DNA of 41,741 nucleotides. Source: a virus. Of this stretch, positions 41,641-41,741 are shown piece after piece. The notes beneath the pieces are model-generated. The model was given only the letters and a program-made list of their open reading frames with translations, was not told the origin of the DNA and searched no databases. How positions within the stretch are numbered: the first letter of the stretch is position 1; each line of letters starts with the position of its first letter. Where the stretch lies: IMG/VR virus record IMGVR_UViG_3300027719_000011; one strand, 5' to 3'. The translations under genes were made by a program, and so were the position numbers.

Positions 41641-41741
41641 CAGAACACCTCAAACATCATTTCGGTACCGGCCAGAACAATGTTGGCCAATTCTGCGCCG
41701 AGTGTGATTGACGAACTTGAGGTTTCAGTATAACCTGTGGC
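41615..41741. repeat. Terminal direct repeat, copy 2 (identical to 1..127)
   Basis: Direct comparison shows identity. Bases 41640..41741 duplicate the 3' end of ORF 26..514. Confidence 0.95.

Noticed and set aside
1-41741. Lysogeny module, DGR/retron or toxin-antitoxin system
   Set aside because: I could not recognise any integrase, recombinase, CI/Cro-type HTH repressor pair, reverse transcriptase or toxin-like partner next to the RHH genes in any frame. The element looks virulent, or at least lacks a recognisable integration system.

Overview
The window is a complete tailed-phage (podovirus-like) genome. The first 127 bp (1..127) are identical to the last 127 bp (41615..41741), so the unique length is about 41,614 bp, either circular or circularly permuted. 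All calls rest on ORF layout, motifs read by eye and remembered family signatures; no database search was run.

Layout:
- Late operon, minus strand. It starts at a sigma70-like promoter near 13494..13523 and wraps through the window ends to a bidirectional terminator at 32666..32700. Gene order is small terminase candidate, large terminase, portal, scaffold, T7-gp10-like capsid, adaptor, an inserted block, nozzle, Q/A/G-rich internal proteins, and an HTH protein.
- Inserted block, 26..5638. It holds signal-peptide proteins, a lysis cassette and a fibre-like gene, and it separates the adaptor from the nozzle.
- Early operon, minus strand, 22871 down to 14188. It encodes an AEP prim-pol, many small Cys-rich proteins, an SF3 helicase, two tandem RHH genes, and a visibly AT-rich island (RadC-JAB, GP88-like and others).
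- Replication module, plus strand, 23015..32661. It encodes an RHH regulator, a Zn-ribbon protein, a frameshifted PAPS-reductase-like gene, an SNF2 helicase, an HNH endonuclease cassette, family A DNA polymerase, a Cas4-like nuclease and a dNMP-kinase-like fusion.

I saw no integrase, CI-type repressor, tRNA, CRISPR array, reverse transcriptase or phage RNA polymerase.

Most interesting:
1. Five consecutive late genes carry Sec-type signal peptides, and the block breaks the adaptor-nozzle pairing.
2. A 1.5-kb almost non-coding stretch holds two different iteron arrays flanking the RHH pair, next to the helicase.
3. The AT-rich RadC/GP88 island is a candidate anti-defence or DNA-modification module.
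4. The PAPS-reductase-like gene is broken exactly inside its SGGKDS PP-loop at a G4 run.
5. Two distant early promoters share an operator-like motif.
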